A stretch of 64,000 bases of DNA, from the NCBI GenBank assembly GCA_963667785.2, contig CAXXMU010000006.1:352001-416000 (forward strand), given 5' to 3'. The notes below the pieces were generated by a model that was not told the origin of the DNA, ran no database searches, and saw nothing but the letters and a program-made list of their open reading frames with translations. This document shows, one piece after another, positions 33,635 to 43,401 of this stretch (its first letter is position 1; every line of letters starts with the position of its first letter). Both the position numbers and the translations under genes were made by a program. This stretch comes from Alphaproteobacteria bacterium (GTDB lineage Bacteria; Pseudomonadota; Alphaproteobacteria; UBA828).

Positions 33635-34663
33635 TCAGTCGGGGATTTCGTCGTGCCTGATGACGATCTTGCCGAAGTGCGCGCCCGAGGCGAGGTGGCG
33701 GTAGGCGGCCGGCGCCTCGGCAAAGGAGAAACGCCGGTCGATCACCGGCTTGAGCCCGTTGCGGGCAATGGCCTTCGTCATCTCCTCGAGGGAGCGCCGG
33801 CTGCCCACCAGCACGCCCTTGAGGTGGATGTGCTTCCAGATCAGCGCGAGCGGGTCGCTCTCGATCCCCACCCCGCCAAGCATGCCGATCAGCGCGATGC
33901 GCGCGTTGAAGGCGGCGGCCTCGATGCTTTGCGGGAGCGTGGCGGCACCGCCGGTCTCGATGACGAGGTCGGCACCGCCGGTCAGCGCGGCGACGGTCCT
34001 GCCCCAGGCCGGATCGCGCGCGTAGTTGACGCCGTGGACGGCGCCGAGCGCGCCTGCGCGGGCGAGCTTCTCATCGCTCGACGATGTGATGACCGCGTCC
34101 GCCCCCATCATCCGCGCGATCTGCAGGCCGAAGATGGAGACTCCGCCGGTGCCGAGCAGCAGCACCGTGTCGCCCGCCTTCATCCGCCCGAACTCGACCA
34201 GCGAGACCCAGGCCGTGAGCGCGGCGCACGGCAGGCAGGCGGCCTCCTCATCGCTCAGCGCGTCGGGGATGCGCACGAGCGACGAGGCCGGAAACGTCGC
34301 GAGCTCGGCGAGGGTCCCGTCGCAGCCGCCGCCGAGGTCGGTGCCGAAGTGCGCAGGCAGGAGCGGGCCGTCGAGCCAGCCGGTGAAGAGACTCACCATG
34401 ACCCGGTCGCCGGGCTCGACCGCCGTAACGCCCGCGCCCACCGCCACCACCTCGCCGGCACCGTCGCTCAGCGGGATGCGATCCTCCGGCTTCGGCGCGC
34501 TGTCGATCAGGTTGAGGATCATATGGTCGCGATAGTTGAGAGCGCTGGCCCGGAGTCTGACCAGCGCCTCGCCCGCCGCCGGTTCGGGCTCGGGTCTCTC
34601 GACCAGCCGCAGGCTGTCGACACTGCCTTGCGGGCCGAGCTCCCAGGCTTTCACCGCTCCCAA
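33635..34663 (-). CDS. NAD(P)-dependent medium-chain dehydrogenase/reductase (zinc-type ADH-like; start may be 34654)
   Basis: LNYRD, PLSDGAG.V, LPCAALTAW, GTGGVS and HFGKIVI motifs. Confidence 0.92.
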   Translation of the reverse strand: MGAVKAWELGPQGSVDSLRLVERPEPEPAAGEALVRLRASALNYRDHMILNLIDSAPKPEDRIPLSDGAGEVVAVGAGVTAVEPGDRVMVSLFTGWLDGPLLPAHFGTDLGGGCDGTLAELATFPASSLVRIPDALSDEEAACLPCAALTAWVSLVEFGRMKAGDTVLLLGTGGVSIFGLQIARMMGADAVITSSSDEKLARAGALGAVHGVNYARDPAWGRTVAALTGGADLVIETGGAATLPQSIEAAAFNARIALIGMLGGVGIESDPLALIWKHIHLKGVLVGSRRSLEEMTKAIARNGLKPVIDRRFSFAEAPAAYRHLASGAHFGKIVIRHDEIPD

Positions 34664-34773
34664 CCCATTCGTGCTCTTTCGCCGAGCGCTAACGTCTGCC
34701 GATGCTGATATAGCTAGGGAATACTCTGATGTATTGCTTCGATTGACTTCGCTGCGCCGCCCTCAACAATTCG

Positions 34774-36201
34774 TCATTCCTTAACGTACCAAGTGGTATC
34801 CGCAGAAGGATCAAGAATTGCTCTATGACCGACCATATAGCAATAGAGGCTAGTTGGAGTAAGATCCAAGCGCGCGCTTCCTGCCCAAGGCACATTGCTC
34901 CGCATTACCGTACGTGTGGTAATTAGCGGCGCCATATCGCTGTGGCGGCTTGCGAGGGCGACGAGGCTCTTTAGCTCCTCTGGGCGTTCAGCATGTCTGT
35001 CTGACCACTTGATATCTACACACCAGTCTGGTTTTTGTCTGCTATCCAAATGAACTATATCTACCTCTCCTTTCGCCCACCGCGCATAGTGCAAATCCAG
35101 CTTAGAGTGAAACCACTGTGCAAATACTGCCGTCTCTGCAATTGCTCCCATCTCTGCGTCATTCTCGCTCACTGGACCAAATAGGGCACTCCGTAACGCT
35201 GGAGTGGCCACATACACCTTGAAGCGGTTCGCCCGCTTGAAGCGATGCGCGTTGTGATCAATGCGATGAACAACTCTGATAAGAAACGCCGCTTCAAGAT
35301 ATTTCAGATATCGTTTCAGAGTGGGTTTCGACACACCCGATTGGCCAGATAGGGCTTCAAGTGACACCTCTCCAGCTGTATTGTAGGCCAATGTCATGAA
35401 CAACGCATTGAGCTCTTGCACATCTTGTATGCCGTACAAACTTGGAAGATCGCGCAGCAGCACCTTCTCGACCAAGTCACTACCAATGTAGCGGCCCATG
35501 TCCGATTGAATGGCTGGAGACGATATGGCTTCAGGATAACCACCAAAGTTGACATAGTTCACGAAATGCTGGTTCAGCAATTGGATATCAAAGACACTCC
35601 AGCCATCGTCCGGATTATATTGAACAACATCAAGTATATTCTGCAAGTTAAGGTACTCATAGAATGTCAGTGGCGGTAGCAGGAAATCTGTGAAGCGCCC
35701 CGCTCCTGACTCTATACTTCTAAGACGAAGCGCGGCCGCCGCAGAACCAGACACCACACATTTGATGTCGGGATATGAATCGACAAATACCTTAAGATGT
35801 TGTTCCCAATTGACCAAGTACTGAATTTCATCGAGAACAAGTATTTTGGGCGGAAGAAGACTGCCGCTCGACCTGCGTATTTCCTCCATAGCTTCTTCGA
35901 TCGAAAGCCGCGTATAGAGAGGTTGATCGAGCGACACGTATCCGATATCCCGCGGAGCGTAATCTCCGTGCTCAAGTAAGTGCGCGATCACATGGTGCAA
36001 GAGAACAGTCTTGCCTACGCGACGCGGTCCCATCAGCACCACAGCGCGGCGCACGTCTGTCTGCTCTACTAGACGCAGAAATCGTTGGAAATACGCGCGC
36101 GGCCTCAAGTCAGCATAATCTTGGCGAATGCCCCCCCCCTCCCACCAGGGATTCTCCGCGAGCATGCGACGCCGCCGTTGGTCCGAAGAGATCTCACGCA
36201 T
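34774..36201 (-). CDS. AAA+ ATPase (AAA_14-like) with wHTH and DUF4143-like PD-(D/E)xK domain, on a lower-GC island
   Basis: Walker A GPRRVGKT, Walker B LVLDEIQ, SGS, ES.AGR, GGYPE; HTH-like SKPTLKRYLKYLE..FLI; C-terminal E..V...EVDIV...VDIK; visibly AT-richer than the flanks. Confidence 0.88.
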   Translation of the reverse strand: MREISSDQRRRRMLAENPWWEGGGIRQDYADLRPRAYFQRFLRLVEQTDVRRAVVLMGPRRVGKTVLLHHVIAHLLEHGDYAPRDIGYVSLDQPLYTRLSIEEAMEEIRRSSGSLLPPKILVLDEIQYLVNWEQHLKVFVDSYPDIKCVVSGSAAAALRLRSIESGAGRFTDFLLPPLTFYEYLNLQNILDVVQYNPDDGWSVFDIQLLNQHFVNYVNFGGYPEAISSPAIQSDMGRYIGSDLVEKVLLRDLPSLYGIQDVQELNALFMTLAYNTAGEVSLEALSGQSGVSKPTLKRYLKYLEAAFLIRVVHRIDHNAHRFKRANRFKVYVATPALRSALFGPVSENDAEMGAIAETAVFAQWFHSKLDLHYARWAKGEVDIVHLDSRQKPDWCVDIKWSDRHAERPEELKSLVALASRHSDMAPLITTRTVMRSNVPWAGSARLDLTPTSLYCYMVGHRAILDPSADTTWYVKE

Positions 36202-36207
36202 GTCGCA

Positions 36208-36257
36208 AATGTAGTCACACTGATACGAGCCGTCAAGATAGAGAAAGTTAACTTCTC
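36208..36257 (-). promoter_or_regulatory. Sigma70 promoter and adjacent palindrome for the ATPase gene
   Basis: Minus strand TTGACG-N17-TACATT, 6 nt before the ATG; GAGAAAGTTAACTTCTC at 36241-36257 just upstream of the -35. Confidence 0.6.
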
Positions 36258-36432
36258 TTAATTAGGAATATGCGGTTTTGTTCATATATTGCAATAAGTT
36301 AGTTGAATGGCATACGCGCTCCCTGGCATGGCTGCCTGTGAGCGCGGTGGTGACGGTCGGGGCCCCGGAGGTCTCCCTCGCCGCTCTCGTCTGCAATCGA
36401 TCATGGGATGCCGCCTTGCGGACGGGGCGGCG

Positions 36433-37347
36433 TCAGGCGATGGCGGCAACCGGCTCGAGGTCCGGCTCCCCGTACGTCGCTTCCTGCTCGTCCCCGGTGA
36501 GCCGCCAGGCATCGGGATCCTCCAGCAGGGCCGTGAGGAGTGAATGGTTGAGGCCATGCCCCGAGCGGCGGCAGCTCACGTAGCCCACGAGCGGAGCGCC
36601 GGCGAGGTAGAGATCGCCGATGCAGTCGAGCGCCTTGTGCCGCGCGCATTCGTCCGGATAGCGCAGCCCTTCCTCGTTGATGGGCCCGTCGTCGCCAATG
36701 ACCACGGTGTTCTCCAGAGAGCCGCCCCGGCCCATGCCGGCAGCCAGGATGCCCGCGACATCCGCTTCCCGGCAGAAGGTGCGCGCCCGCGCGATCTCCG
36801 TCCTGAAGCTCGTGAGCAACGGATCGAAGAAGACCGACTGGTGGCCGAGCGCGGGATGATCGAAGTCGATATCGCAGCGAAGGGAGAATGTCTCCGCAGG
36901 CGCAACGCTGATCCATCGCTCCTCATCGCCGAGCCTGACCGTCTTGAGCACTTCGATCGCGCGCCGGGGGGCGCACTGCTCGACGATTCCGGCGCATTCG
37001 ATGAGGAAGACGAACGGCGCGGCGCTCCCGTCCATCACGGGAACCTCCTCGCCGTCCAGCGCGACCACCGCATTGTCGACACCGCAGCCGGCGAAGGCCG
37101 CCATGAGATGCTCGATCGTCCGTACCGAGACGCTGCCGTTGCCGATGGTCGTGCACAGCCTCGTCTCGACGACGTTCTCGTGGACCGCCTTGATCGTCCG
37201 GGCCGACCCGGCTGGCCTGTCGACGCGGCAGAACACGATGCCCGTGCCCGGTGCCGCCGGGCGCAGTTCCATGTGGACCCTGCGGTTGCTGTGTACGCCG
37301 ATGCCGGTACAGTGAATGGACGATTTGAGGGTGTGCTGCGGAGTCAT
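36433..37347 (-). CDS. lpxC: UDP-3-O-acyl-N-acetylglucosamine deacetylase
   Basis: GIGVHS, TIEHLMAA, P.MDGSA, ARART and HKALDCIGD motifs; start moved to ATG 37347. Confidence 0.97.
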   Translation of the reverse strand: MTPQHTLKSSIHCTGIGVHSNRRVHMELRPAAPGTGIVFCRVDRPAGSARTIKAVHENVVETRLCTTIGNGSVSVRTIEHLMAAFAGCGVDNAVVALDGEEVPVMDGSAAPFVFLIECAGIVEQCAPRRAIEVLKTVRLGDEERWISVAPAETFSLRCDIDFDHPALGHQSVFFDPLLTSFRTEIARARTFCREADVAGILAAGMGRGGSLENTVVIGDDGPINEEGLRYPDECARHKALDCIGDLYLAGAPLVGYVSCRRSGHGLNHSLLTALLEDPDAWRLTGDEQEATYGEPDLEPVAAIA

Positions 37348-37527
37348 CGATTTACGGACGCGCGCCCTCCCTGGCCATTTTTGCCGGCTGCCGTCCCTTC
37401 GCTCTGGCTGTCGTGCCGCGGCCGGCGGCGCGTTCGCCGGTCCGGCCCGACTCAGTCGCGAAGGGATTCTGGCGACCGAGGTTGCAGGCGACACTGACAA
37501 ACGCGCCGCGGACGCGCAAATCACGCT

Positions 37528-37544
37528 TTGTTACAAGTTGTTAC
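37528..37544. promoter_or_regulatory. Direct repeat TTGTTAC-N3-TTGTTAC, candidate transcription-factor site upstream of lpxC
   Basis: Perfect 7-mer repeat with a 10-bp period in the ftsZ-lpxC spacer. Confidence 0.4.
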
Positions 37545-37559
37545 GGTCCTCCGTCGGGG

Positions 37560-39386
37560 TCAATTGGCCTGCCGGCGGAGAAACGCCGGAATATCAAGCG
37601 GATCCTCCGTGCCGCCGGGGGCCCTGCTGGACTGCGCGTACCCCTCCGGGAACAGCTTGGGCGAGGGCGCCGCGGCCTTGCCCGCATCGCTTGCCGGTGC
37701 AGGCGTGGTTGCGTCCAGGCTCGGCGAGTCCGGGCGCGGCCGGGCATCGAGACCGCCGCTGCGCGAAGCGCTGGGCGCCGCCACGGTCGGTCCGGTCTCG
37801 CGCTGCGTCGAGGCAGGGGCCTCGCCGTCGGGTCCGTTCCGCCGTGCCCGTCCGGTGCCGATCATGCGCTCGAACAGGGTGGGTCGGCCGGATCCTGGCG
37901 TGTCAGCGCCGCCCTCCACGCGGGTCGACGGTGCCGGCCGGTCGGTCTTGGTGCCGCGCATTCTCTCGGGCGGGCCGGCATCGGCGAGGCTGCGCCGCGC
38001 CACGGGCCGGTCGGTCTTCGCCGGTGGCGTGGTCGCAACCTTGACCCGGGCGGCGACACCGCCGCCTGCGCTCGCGGCTACCGCCTTGTGCTCCTGCCTG
38101 GCCCGAGGCTCGGTGGCGAGCGCCCCTTGAGACCGCGGCGAGGCGTCCGTGCGCGGCGCGGTGGACACCATCGGCGCGGGGCCGGCCGCACCGCCTGCGG
38201 CGACCGCCCGCTCGGCGACCGCATCCACTTCGGGGATGGCCATGTCGGGCGCGGTCGATCCGGTAGCGGTCGGGGAAGGCGCCGCCGCCGTGTCGTCCGC
38301 CACGGTCTCGCCGTCTGCCGATGCCATCGCACCGCCGCCGCTGGCGCCCGTGCCCTTGCGATCGTGCAATCCCAGAACATGGATGTTGTCCGAGGAATCG
38401 GGGACCGGCGCGCGGACCTCGTCCGCGTCGATGCCGGTGGCGATCACGGCGACGCGCATGTGGCCGTCCATCTTCTCGTCGAGGCTGGTGCCGAAGATGA
38501 TGGTGGCCTCTTCGTCCACCTGCTTGCAGATGCGCGATGCGGCCGTGTCCACCTCGTGCAGCGTGATGTCGGTGCCGCCGGTGATGTTGATCAGGATCCC
38601 GCGCGCGCCCTCGATCGACGCATTGTCGAGGAGCGGGTTGTTGATCGCCGCCTCGGCCGCCTCGGTGGCGCGGTTCTCGCCCTCGGCCTCGCCGGTGCCC
38701 ATCATCGCCTTGCCCATCGTGCCCATCACGGTGCGGATGTCGGCGAAATCGAGGTTGATCAGACCGGGATTGACCATCAGATCGGTCACCCCGCGCACGC
38801 CCGCGTGCAGCACGTTGTCGGCCATGCCGAAGGCATCGGCGAAGGTAGTCTGCTCGCTGGCGACGCGGAACAGGTTCTGGTTCGGGATGACGATCAGCGT
38901 ATCCACGTACTGGTGCAGCTCCTGGATACCGTGCTCCGCGACCCGCATGCGCTGCGAGCCCTCGAAGTCGAACGGCTTGGTGACGACGCCCACCGTGAGG
39001 ATGCCGTGCTCGCGCGCGGCTCGGGCGATCACCGGCGCCGCGCCGGTGCCGGTGCCGCCGCCCATGCCGGCGGTGATGAACACCATGTTGTTGCCCTCGA
39101 GATAGCCCTGGATGTCGTCGAGGGCTTCCTCTGCGGCCACCTTGCCGATGTCGGCGCGGGCACCGGCGCCGAGCCCCTGGGTGATGTTGACGCCGAGGCG
39201 CACCCGGTGGTCGCAGAGCGACTGATAGAGGGACTGCGCGTCGGTGTTGGCGACGACGAACTCGACGCCCTCCAGGTCTCCCGCGATCATGTTGTTGACG
39301 GCATTGCTACCGGCACCGCCAATTCCGAAGACCGTGATACGCGGTCTGTTTTCCGGTTGCCGTTCCGGTACGAAATCGATGGTCAT
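37560..39386 (-). CDS. ftsZ: Cell division protein FtsZ with long C-terminal linker
   Basis: GGGTGTG, NLDFAD and C-terminal [12 protein letters not shown]; start ATG 39386 with AAGGAGG SD. Confidence 0.98.
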   Translation of the reverse strand: MTIDFVPERQPENRPRITVFGIGGAGSNAVNNMIAGDLEGVEFVVANTDAQSLYQSLCDHRVRLGVNITQGLGAGARADIGKVAAEEALDDIQGYLEGNNMVFITAGMGGGTGTGAAPVIARAAREHGILTVGVVTKPFDFEGSQRMRVAEHGIQELHQYVDTLIVIPNQNLFRVASEQTTFADAFGMADNVLHAGVRGVTDLMVNPGLINLDFADIRTVMGTMGKAMMGTGEAEGENRATEAAEAAINNPLLDNASIEGARGILINITGGTDITLHEVDTAASRICKQVDEEATIIFGTSLDEKMDGHMRVAVIATGIDADEVRAPVPDSSDNIHVLGLHDRKGTGASGGGAMASADGETVADDTAAAPSPTATGSTAPDMAIPEVDAVAERAVAAGGAAGPAPMVSTAPRTDASPRSQGALATEPRARQEHKAVAASAGGGVAARVKVATTPPAKTDRPVARRSLADAGPPERMRGTKTDRPAPSTRVEGGADTPGSGRPTLFERMIGTGRARRNGPDGEAPASTQRETGPTVAAPSASRSGGLDARPRPDSPSLDATTPAPASDAGKAAAPSPKLFPEGYAQSSRAPGGTEDPLDIPAFLRRQAN

Positions 39387-39397
39387 AACATCCTCCT

Positions 39398-40660
39398 TTA
39401 CGGTGTTCGTTGAACTGTGTGTTCCCAGAAGTTGCCCTTCAGCCATTGGCCGAAGCGCGTGAGCGTGTTGGCGAGAGGCCCCGCGGCATTGCCGCGCGCG
39501 GGTCCGGCCCAGGGCTCCGCGTGCCTGCGCGCGGCATAGAGGAGCAGCCCGGCGCAGGTCGCGAATTCGGGGCCCGAGACGGCCTGGGCCAGTCCGGGCA
39601 GTGAAAGCGGGCGGGCCAGGCGAACCTGCTTGTCAAGGATGCGGCCGGCGAGCTCGCCGAGACCGTAGGTCTGGCTCGCTCCGCCGCTGATCACGACCCG
39701 GTTCCCCGACCACTTGTCGAGACCGCTCGCCTCGATCCGTGCGCGGGCGAGCTCCAGGATCTCCTCGAGGCGGGCGCCGACGATGTGCGAGAGCATCGCG
39801 CGCGGCACATGGCGGCCCGAGCCGGAGCAGCCCTCGGCAGAGCCGATCTCCGGCACCTCGACGTTCTCGCCGCCGTCGATCGACTCCGCGGCTGCGCTGC
39901 CGTGGAGCCGCTTGATGCGCTCGGCGCTCGCGACCGATGTCGAGAGCCCCTGCGCGATATCGTTGGTGACGTGATCGCCCCCGATGGGGAGCGTCTCCGT
40001 CCACGCCAGATTGCCGCGGCCGAAGATCGCGAGCTTGGTCGTGCCGCCGCCGATGTCGATGCAGGTCGTGCCGAGATCAATCTCGTCGGAAATCAGGCAC
40101 GACAGGCCCGAGGCGTAGGCCGCCGCCACCGGCGCCGCGACCTGGAGGTCGCAACGGGAGACGCAAGCGAGCAGGTTGCGCAGGCTGCCGTGCGCGACGC
40201 TCACCAGATGCAGCCGCACCCGGAGGCTGTTCGCGAACATGCCGCGCGGGTCCTTGATCCCGGGCGAGCCGTCGACGGCATAGTCGATCGGCACCGCGTG
40301 GACGATGTCGCGGTCGCGGCTCTCGTCCGACGCCTGCAGCCGGTCGAACGCGCGCTGGATGTCGCCCTCCTCGATCTCGCGGCCGCCTATGTCGACCTCC
40401 GCATCGGCGAAGCTCGAGCACGGCATGCCACCGGCCGCGCCGACGAAGACGCTGCGGACGGTCTCGCCCACCATCCTCTCGGCGCGGTGGACGGCGGTGC
40501 GGATCGCCCCTTCCGCCTCTTCCATGTCGACGACCCGGCCGGCGCACATGCCGGCGGCCGCGTCCTGGCCGCTGCCGATGACCGAGAGCCTGCCGACCGC
40601 GTCGCGGCGGGCGACGAGGCAGGCCACCTTGGTCGTCCCGATGTCGAGTGCGGCGATCAC
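39398..40660 (-). CDS. ftsA: Cell division protein FtsA
   Basis: [23 protein letters not shown] and AERIK motifs. Confidence 0.97.
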   Translation of the reverse strand: MIAALDIGTTKVACLVARRDAVGRLSVIGSGQDAAAGMCAGRVVDMEEAEGAIRTAVHRAERMVGETVRSVFVGAAGGMPCSSFADAEVDIGGREIEEGDIQRAFDRLQASDESRDRDIVHAVPIDYAVDGSPGIKDPRGMFANSLRVRLHLVSVAHGSLRNLLACVSRCDLQVAAPVAAAYASGLSCLISDEIDLGTTCIDIGGGTTKLAIFGRGNLAWTETLPIGGDHVTNDIAQGLSTSVASAERIKRLHGSAAAESIDGGENVEVPEIGSAEGCSGSGRHVPRAMLSHIVGARLEEILELARARIEASGLDKWSGNRVVISGGASQTYGLGELAGRILDKQVRLARPLSLPGLAQAVSGPEFATCAGLLLYAARRHAEPWAGPARGNAAGPLANTLTRFGQWLKGNFWEHTVQRTP

Positions 40661-40682
40661 GGCGTGCAGGCTCCCGCTCTCG

Positions 40683-41528
40683 TCACGTCCGGTCTTCGGC
40701 CGGAGGCTCGGGCGGCCGGGCGCGGAAGATCGTCCGGTCGGGAAGGCGCAGGTCGATGACCGCGATCGGCTCCTCCAAGAGGCGGCGGTCGCCGATCTCC
40801 CTGACGAGACGCGCCCAGGCGGCGCTCACCTCGCTCTCCGGCAGCTTGGCTTCGAGGCCGTTGTCGAAATGAAGGGTCCAACGCCGGCCGGCGATCCAGA
40901 TGGCCGCCTGGACACGATCGGACAGCGCGGGCTCCGCCGCCATCGCATCGAGCAGCGTGGGCATCTCGAGGAGCGCGCCGTCGCCGACCACGATGGGCAG
41001 ATGGGCGAACCGGCTGAGCGGCTCCGTGCCGATCTCCGCGCCGGCGCGGTCGACCATGACAAGCTGCTGGTTGCGCTGCCAGAGCGCCACCGGCGTGCGC
41101 TCGACGACGCGGACCAGCAGCGTCGACGGCAGCCGGCGCTCCACGGTCGCACTCTCGACCCAGCCGATGGTCTGGATGCGCTGGCGCGCGGCGGGTAGAT
41201 CGACCGCAAAGATGGGGGTGCCCATATCGACGCCGATGGCAGCGTGGATCGCATCGGCCGACGCATGGTCGTGACCTTCGGTTTCGATCCGCTGCACCGT
41301 CATGCCGGCGCGCGCGGTCGCCGCCACGATGTCCTCGCGAATGTCGTCGCCGAGGCCGGCGAGCGTCTCGGGCTGGAAGACCCAGATCGCCGCGGCGATC
41401 ACGCCGGCACCGCCCAGCCCGTAGGCGGCGTACCTGAGGGCACGCCGCGAGCCGAGCCTCAGCAGCGCCCCGCGCGGCGCACGGCGCTCGGGCTGCTTGC
41501 GCGTACCGAAGAGGCTCAATTGCCGCAT
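40683..41528 (-). CDS. ftsQ: Cell division protein FtsQ
   Basis: TM, POTRA-like WV..A.V.R.LP...ER.P.A.WQ, and IDLR motif. Confidence 0.94.
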   Translation of the reverse strand: MRQLSLFGTRKQPERRAPRGALLRLGSRRALRYAAYGLGGAGVIAAAIWVFQPETLAGLGDDIREDIVAATARAGMTVQRIETEGHDHASADAIHAAIGVDMGTPIFAVDLPAARQRIQTIGWVESATVERRLPSTLLVRVVERTPVALWQRNQQLVMVDRAGAEIGTEPLSRFAHLPIVVGDGALLEMPTLLDAMAAEPALSDRVQAAIWIAGRRWTLHFDNGLEAKLPESEVSAAWARLVREIGDRRLLEEPIAVIDLRLPDRTIFRARPPEPPAEDRT

Positions 41529-42436
41529 GCAGCGTTCTCCACGAGCCAGACGACGAGCTCTGCGAAGCTGATGCCGACATCGGCCGCGATCTCCGGCACC
41601 AGCGAGAGCGGCGTCATCCCCGGCTGGGTGTTGATCTCGAGCAGGTAGAACCGGCCGGGCTCGCCTGCCGTGTCGTCGTAGCGGAGGTCCGCGCGGGTCA
41701 CGCCGCGGCAGCCCAGCGTCCGGTGGGCGGTGAGTGCGATCTCCAGTGCCTCGGCATAGGCCTCCGGATGGATGGGCGCGGGCATGTGGTGGTCGGCGAG
41801 GCCGTCGGTGTACTTCGCGGCGTAGTCGTAGAAGCGCCCCTTGGGCCTGATCTCGATGGCGCCAAGCGCGCGCTCGCCCATGACCGCGACCTGGATCTCG
41901 CGTCCCGGGATGTAGCGCTCGACCAGCACCCGGTCGCCGTAGGTCCAGTCGCCGTTGGGCAGCGCCGTGTTGTCGCCGCTGAAGACGAGATGGACGCCGA
42001 CGCTGGAGCCCTGGTCCAGCGGCTTGATCACGTAGGGCGGCTCTCCCGCCTCGCCGGCGGCGATGGCGGCGCGGTCCATGACCCGGCCCTCGGGGCAGGT
42101 GAGGCCGGCGTCGGCGAAGAGGCGCCGGGCGGCGGGCTTGTCCATCGCGAGCGCGGACGCGAGCACGCCCGAATGGGTGTAGGGCAGGCCCAGGATGTCG
42201 AGCAGCCCTTGCACGCTGCCGTCCTCGCCGGGGGTGCCGTGCAGGGCGTTGAACACGACGTCGGGCCGAACCTCGCTCAACACCTGCGGCAGCTCCCGGG
42301 TCAGGTCAATGCCGGTCACGCGGTAGCCGCTCTCCTCCAGCGCGTGCTCGACGGCGGCGCCGGAGACGAGCGAGACCTCGCGCTCGGCGGACCAGCCGCC
42401 CTTGAGCACGGCGACGTGTCTGGCTCGGGCGCTCAT
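41516..42436 (-). CDS. ddl: D-alanine--D-alanine ligase
   Basis: GG.S.EREVS, LHG..GEDG, GSSVG, YDY.AKY and EINT.PG motifs; start 42436. Confidence 0.97.
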   Translation of the reverse strand: MSARARHVAVLKGGWSAEREVSLVSGAAVEHALEESGYRVTGIDLTRELPQVLSEVRPDVVFNALHGTPGEDGSVQGLLDILGLPYTHSGVLASALAMDKPAARRLFADAGLTCPEGRVMDRAAIAAGEAGEPPYVIKPLDQGSSVGVHLVFSGDNTALPNGDWTYGDRVLVERYIPGREIQVAVMGERALGAIEIRPKGRFYDYAAKYTDGLADHHMPAPIHPEAYAEALEIALTAHRTLGCRGVTRADLRYDDTAGEPGRFYLLEINTQPGMTPLSLVPEIAADVGISFAELVVWLVENAACGN

Positions 42437-43401
42437 GCCTGGTCCTCCCCGCCGCCCTCGTTCGGCGGCCAGCGCCGATGGCGGCCGATCCGGCGAATCT
42501 CCCAGTCGAGCGAGAGGCCGGTCTTCTCCTCGACCCGGCGGCGGACCTCCTCGCCGAGCCCCTCGATATCGGAGGCGGTGGCACCGCCGGTGTTGACGAT
42601 GAAGTTGCAGTGCTGCTCGGAAATCTGGGCGCTTCCCCGGCTCAGGCCGCGGCAGCCGGCCTCGTCGATCAGCTCCCACGCCGAGTGACCCGCGGGGTTG
42701 GTGAAGGTGCTGCCACCGGTGCGCGCCCGGATCGGCTGGCTCGCCTCGCGCTCGGCGTTGATCGTCTCCATCTGCCCCGCGATCTGCGCCGGTTCCTCGC
42801 GTCGTCCGGCCAGCACCGCCGAAACGAAGATCCAGTCGCCCGGCACCGACGAGTGCCGGTAGGAAAGGCCCATCTCGTCCGGCCCGAGAACGTGCAGGGA
42901 GCCGGCGGCGTCCAGCGCCCGCGCCTCGACGACGACATCGCTCATCTCGCTTCCGTAGGCGCCCGCATTCATGCGGAGCGCGCCGCCGATGGTGCCGGGA
43001 ATGCCGCTGAGGAAGGCCAGTCCGCCTGCTCCCTGGTCGCGGCAATAGCGGGCGACGTTCATGTCCAGCGCGCCGGCCCCGACCTCGACCAGGGCCCGCT
43101 CGCCCTCCCAGCGCACGTTCATGTCGCGAAAGCCCTGCCGCAGGCGGACGACCACGCCCTCCACGCCACCGTCGCGCACCAGCAGGTTGGAGCCGAGGCC
43201 GACCACCGTTACCGGCAGGTCGGCAGGGCGTACGGCGAGGAAGTGCGCCAGGTCGTCGATGTCGGCCGGCCGGAACACCACGTCCGCGCGGCCGCCGGCG
43301 CGGAACCAGACGGTGCGGGACAGATCGACGTCGAACGCGTAGCGCCCGCGCACCGACGGCAGCCGGTCGAGCCAGTCGGCTACCCTTCCGTTCGCCATCA
43401 T
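42433..43401 (-). CDS. murB: UDP-N-acetylenolpyruvoylglucosamine reductase
   Basis: [29 protein letters not shown] and H.NFIVN motifs. Confidence 0.97.
   Translation of the reverse strand: MMANGRVADWLDRLPSVRGRYAFDVDLSRTVWFRAGGRADVVFRPADIDDLAHFLAVRPADLPVTVVGLGSNLLVRDGGVEGVVVRLRQGFRDMNVRWEGERALVEVGAGALDMNVARYCRDQGAGGLAFLSGIPGTIGGALRMNAGAYGSEMSDVVVEARALDAAGSLHVLGPDEMGLSYRHSSVPGDWIFVSAVLAGRREEPAQIAGQMETINAEREASQPIRARTGGSTFTNPAGHSAWELIDEAGCRGLSRGSAQISEQHCNFIVNTGGATASDIEGLGEEVRRRVEEKTGLSLDWEIRRIGRHRRWPPNEGGGEDQA

Noticed and set aside
36248-36261. TTAA-N6-TTAA resembling a CtrA box
   Set aside because: CtrA needs an N7 spacer, and the site lies in the AT-rich island, so chance is likely.
34660-36330. 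att sites or terminal repeats bounding the lower-GC island
   Set aside because: Only a 6-bp inverted match (CCATTC/GAATGG) was seen, which is not significant.
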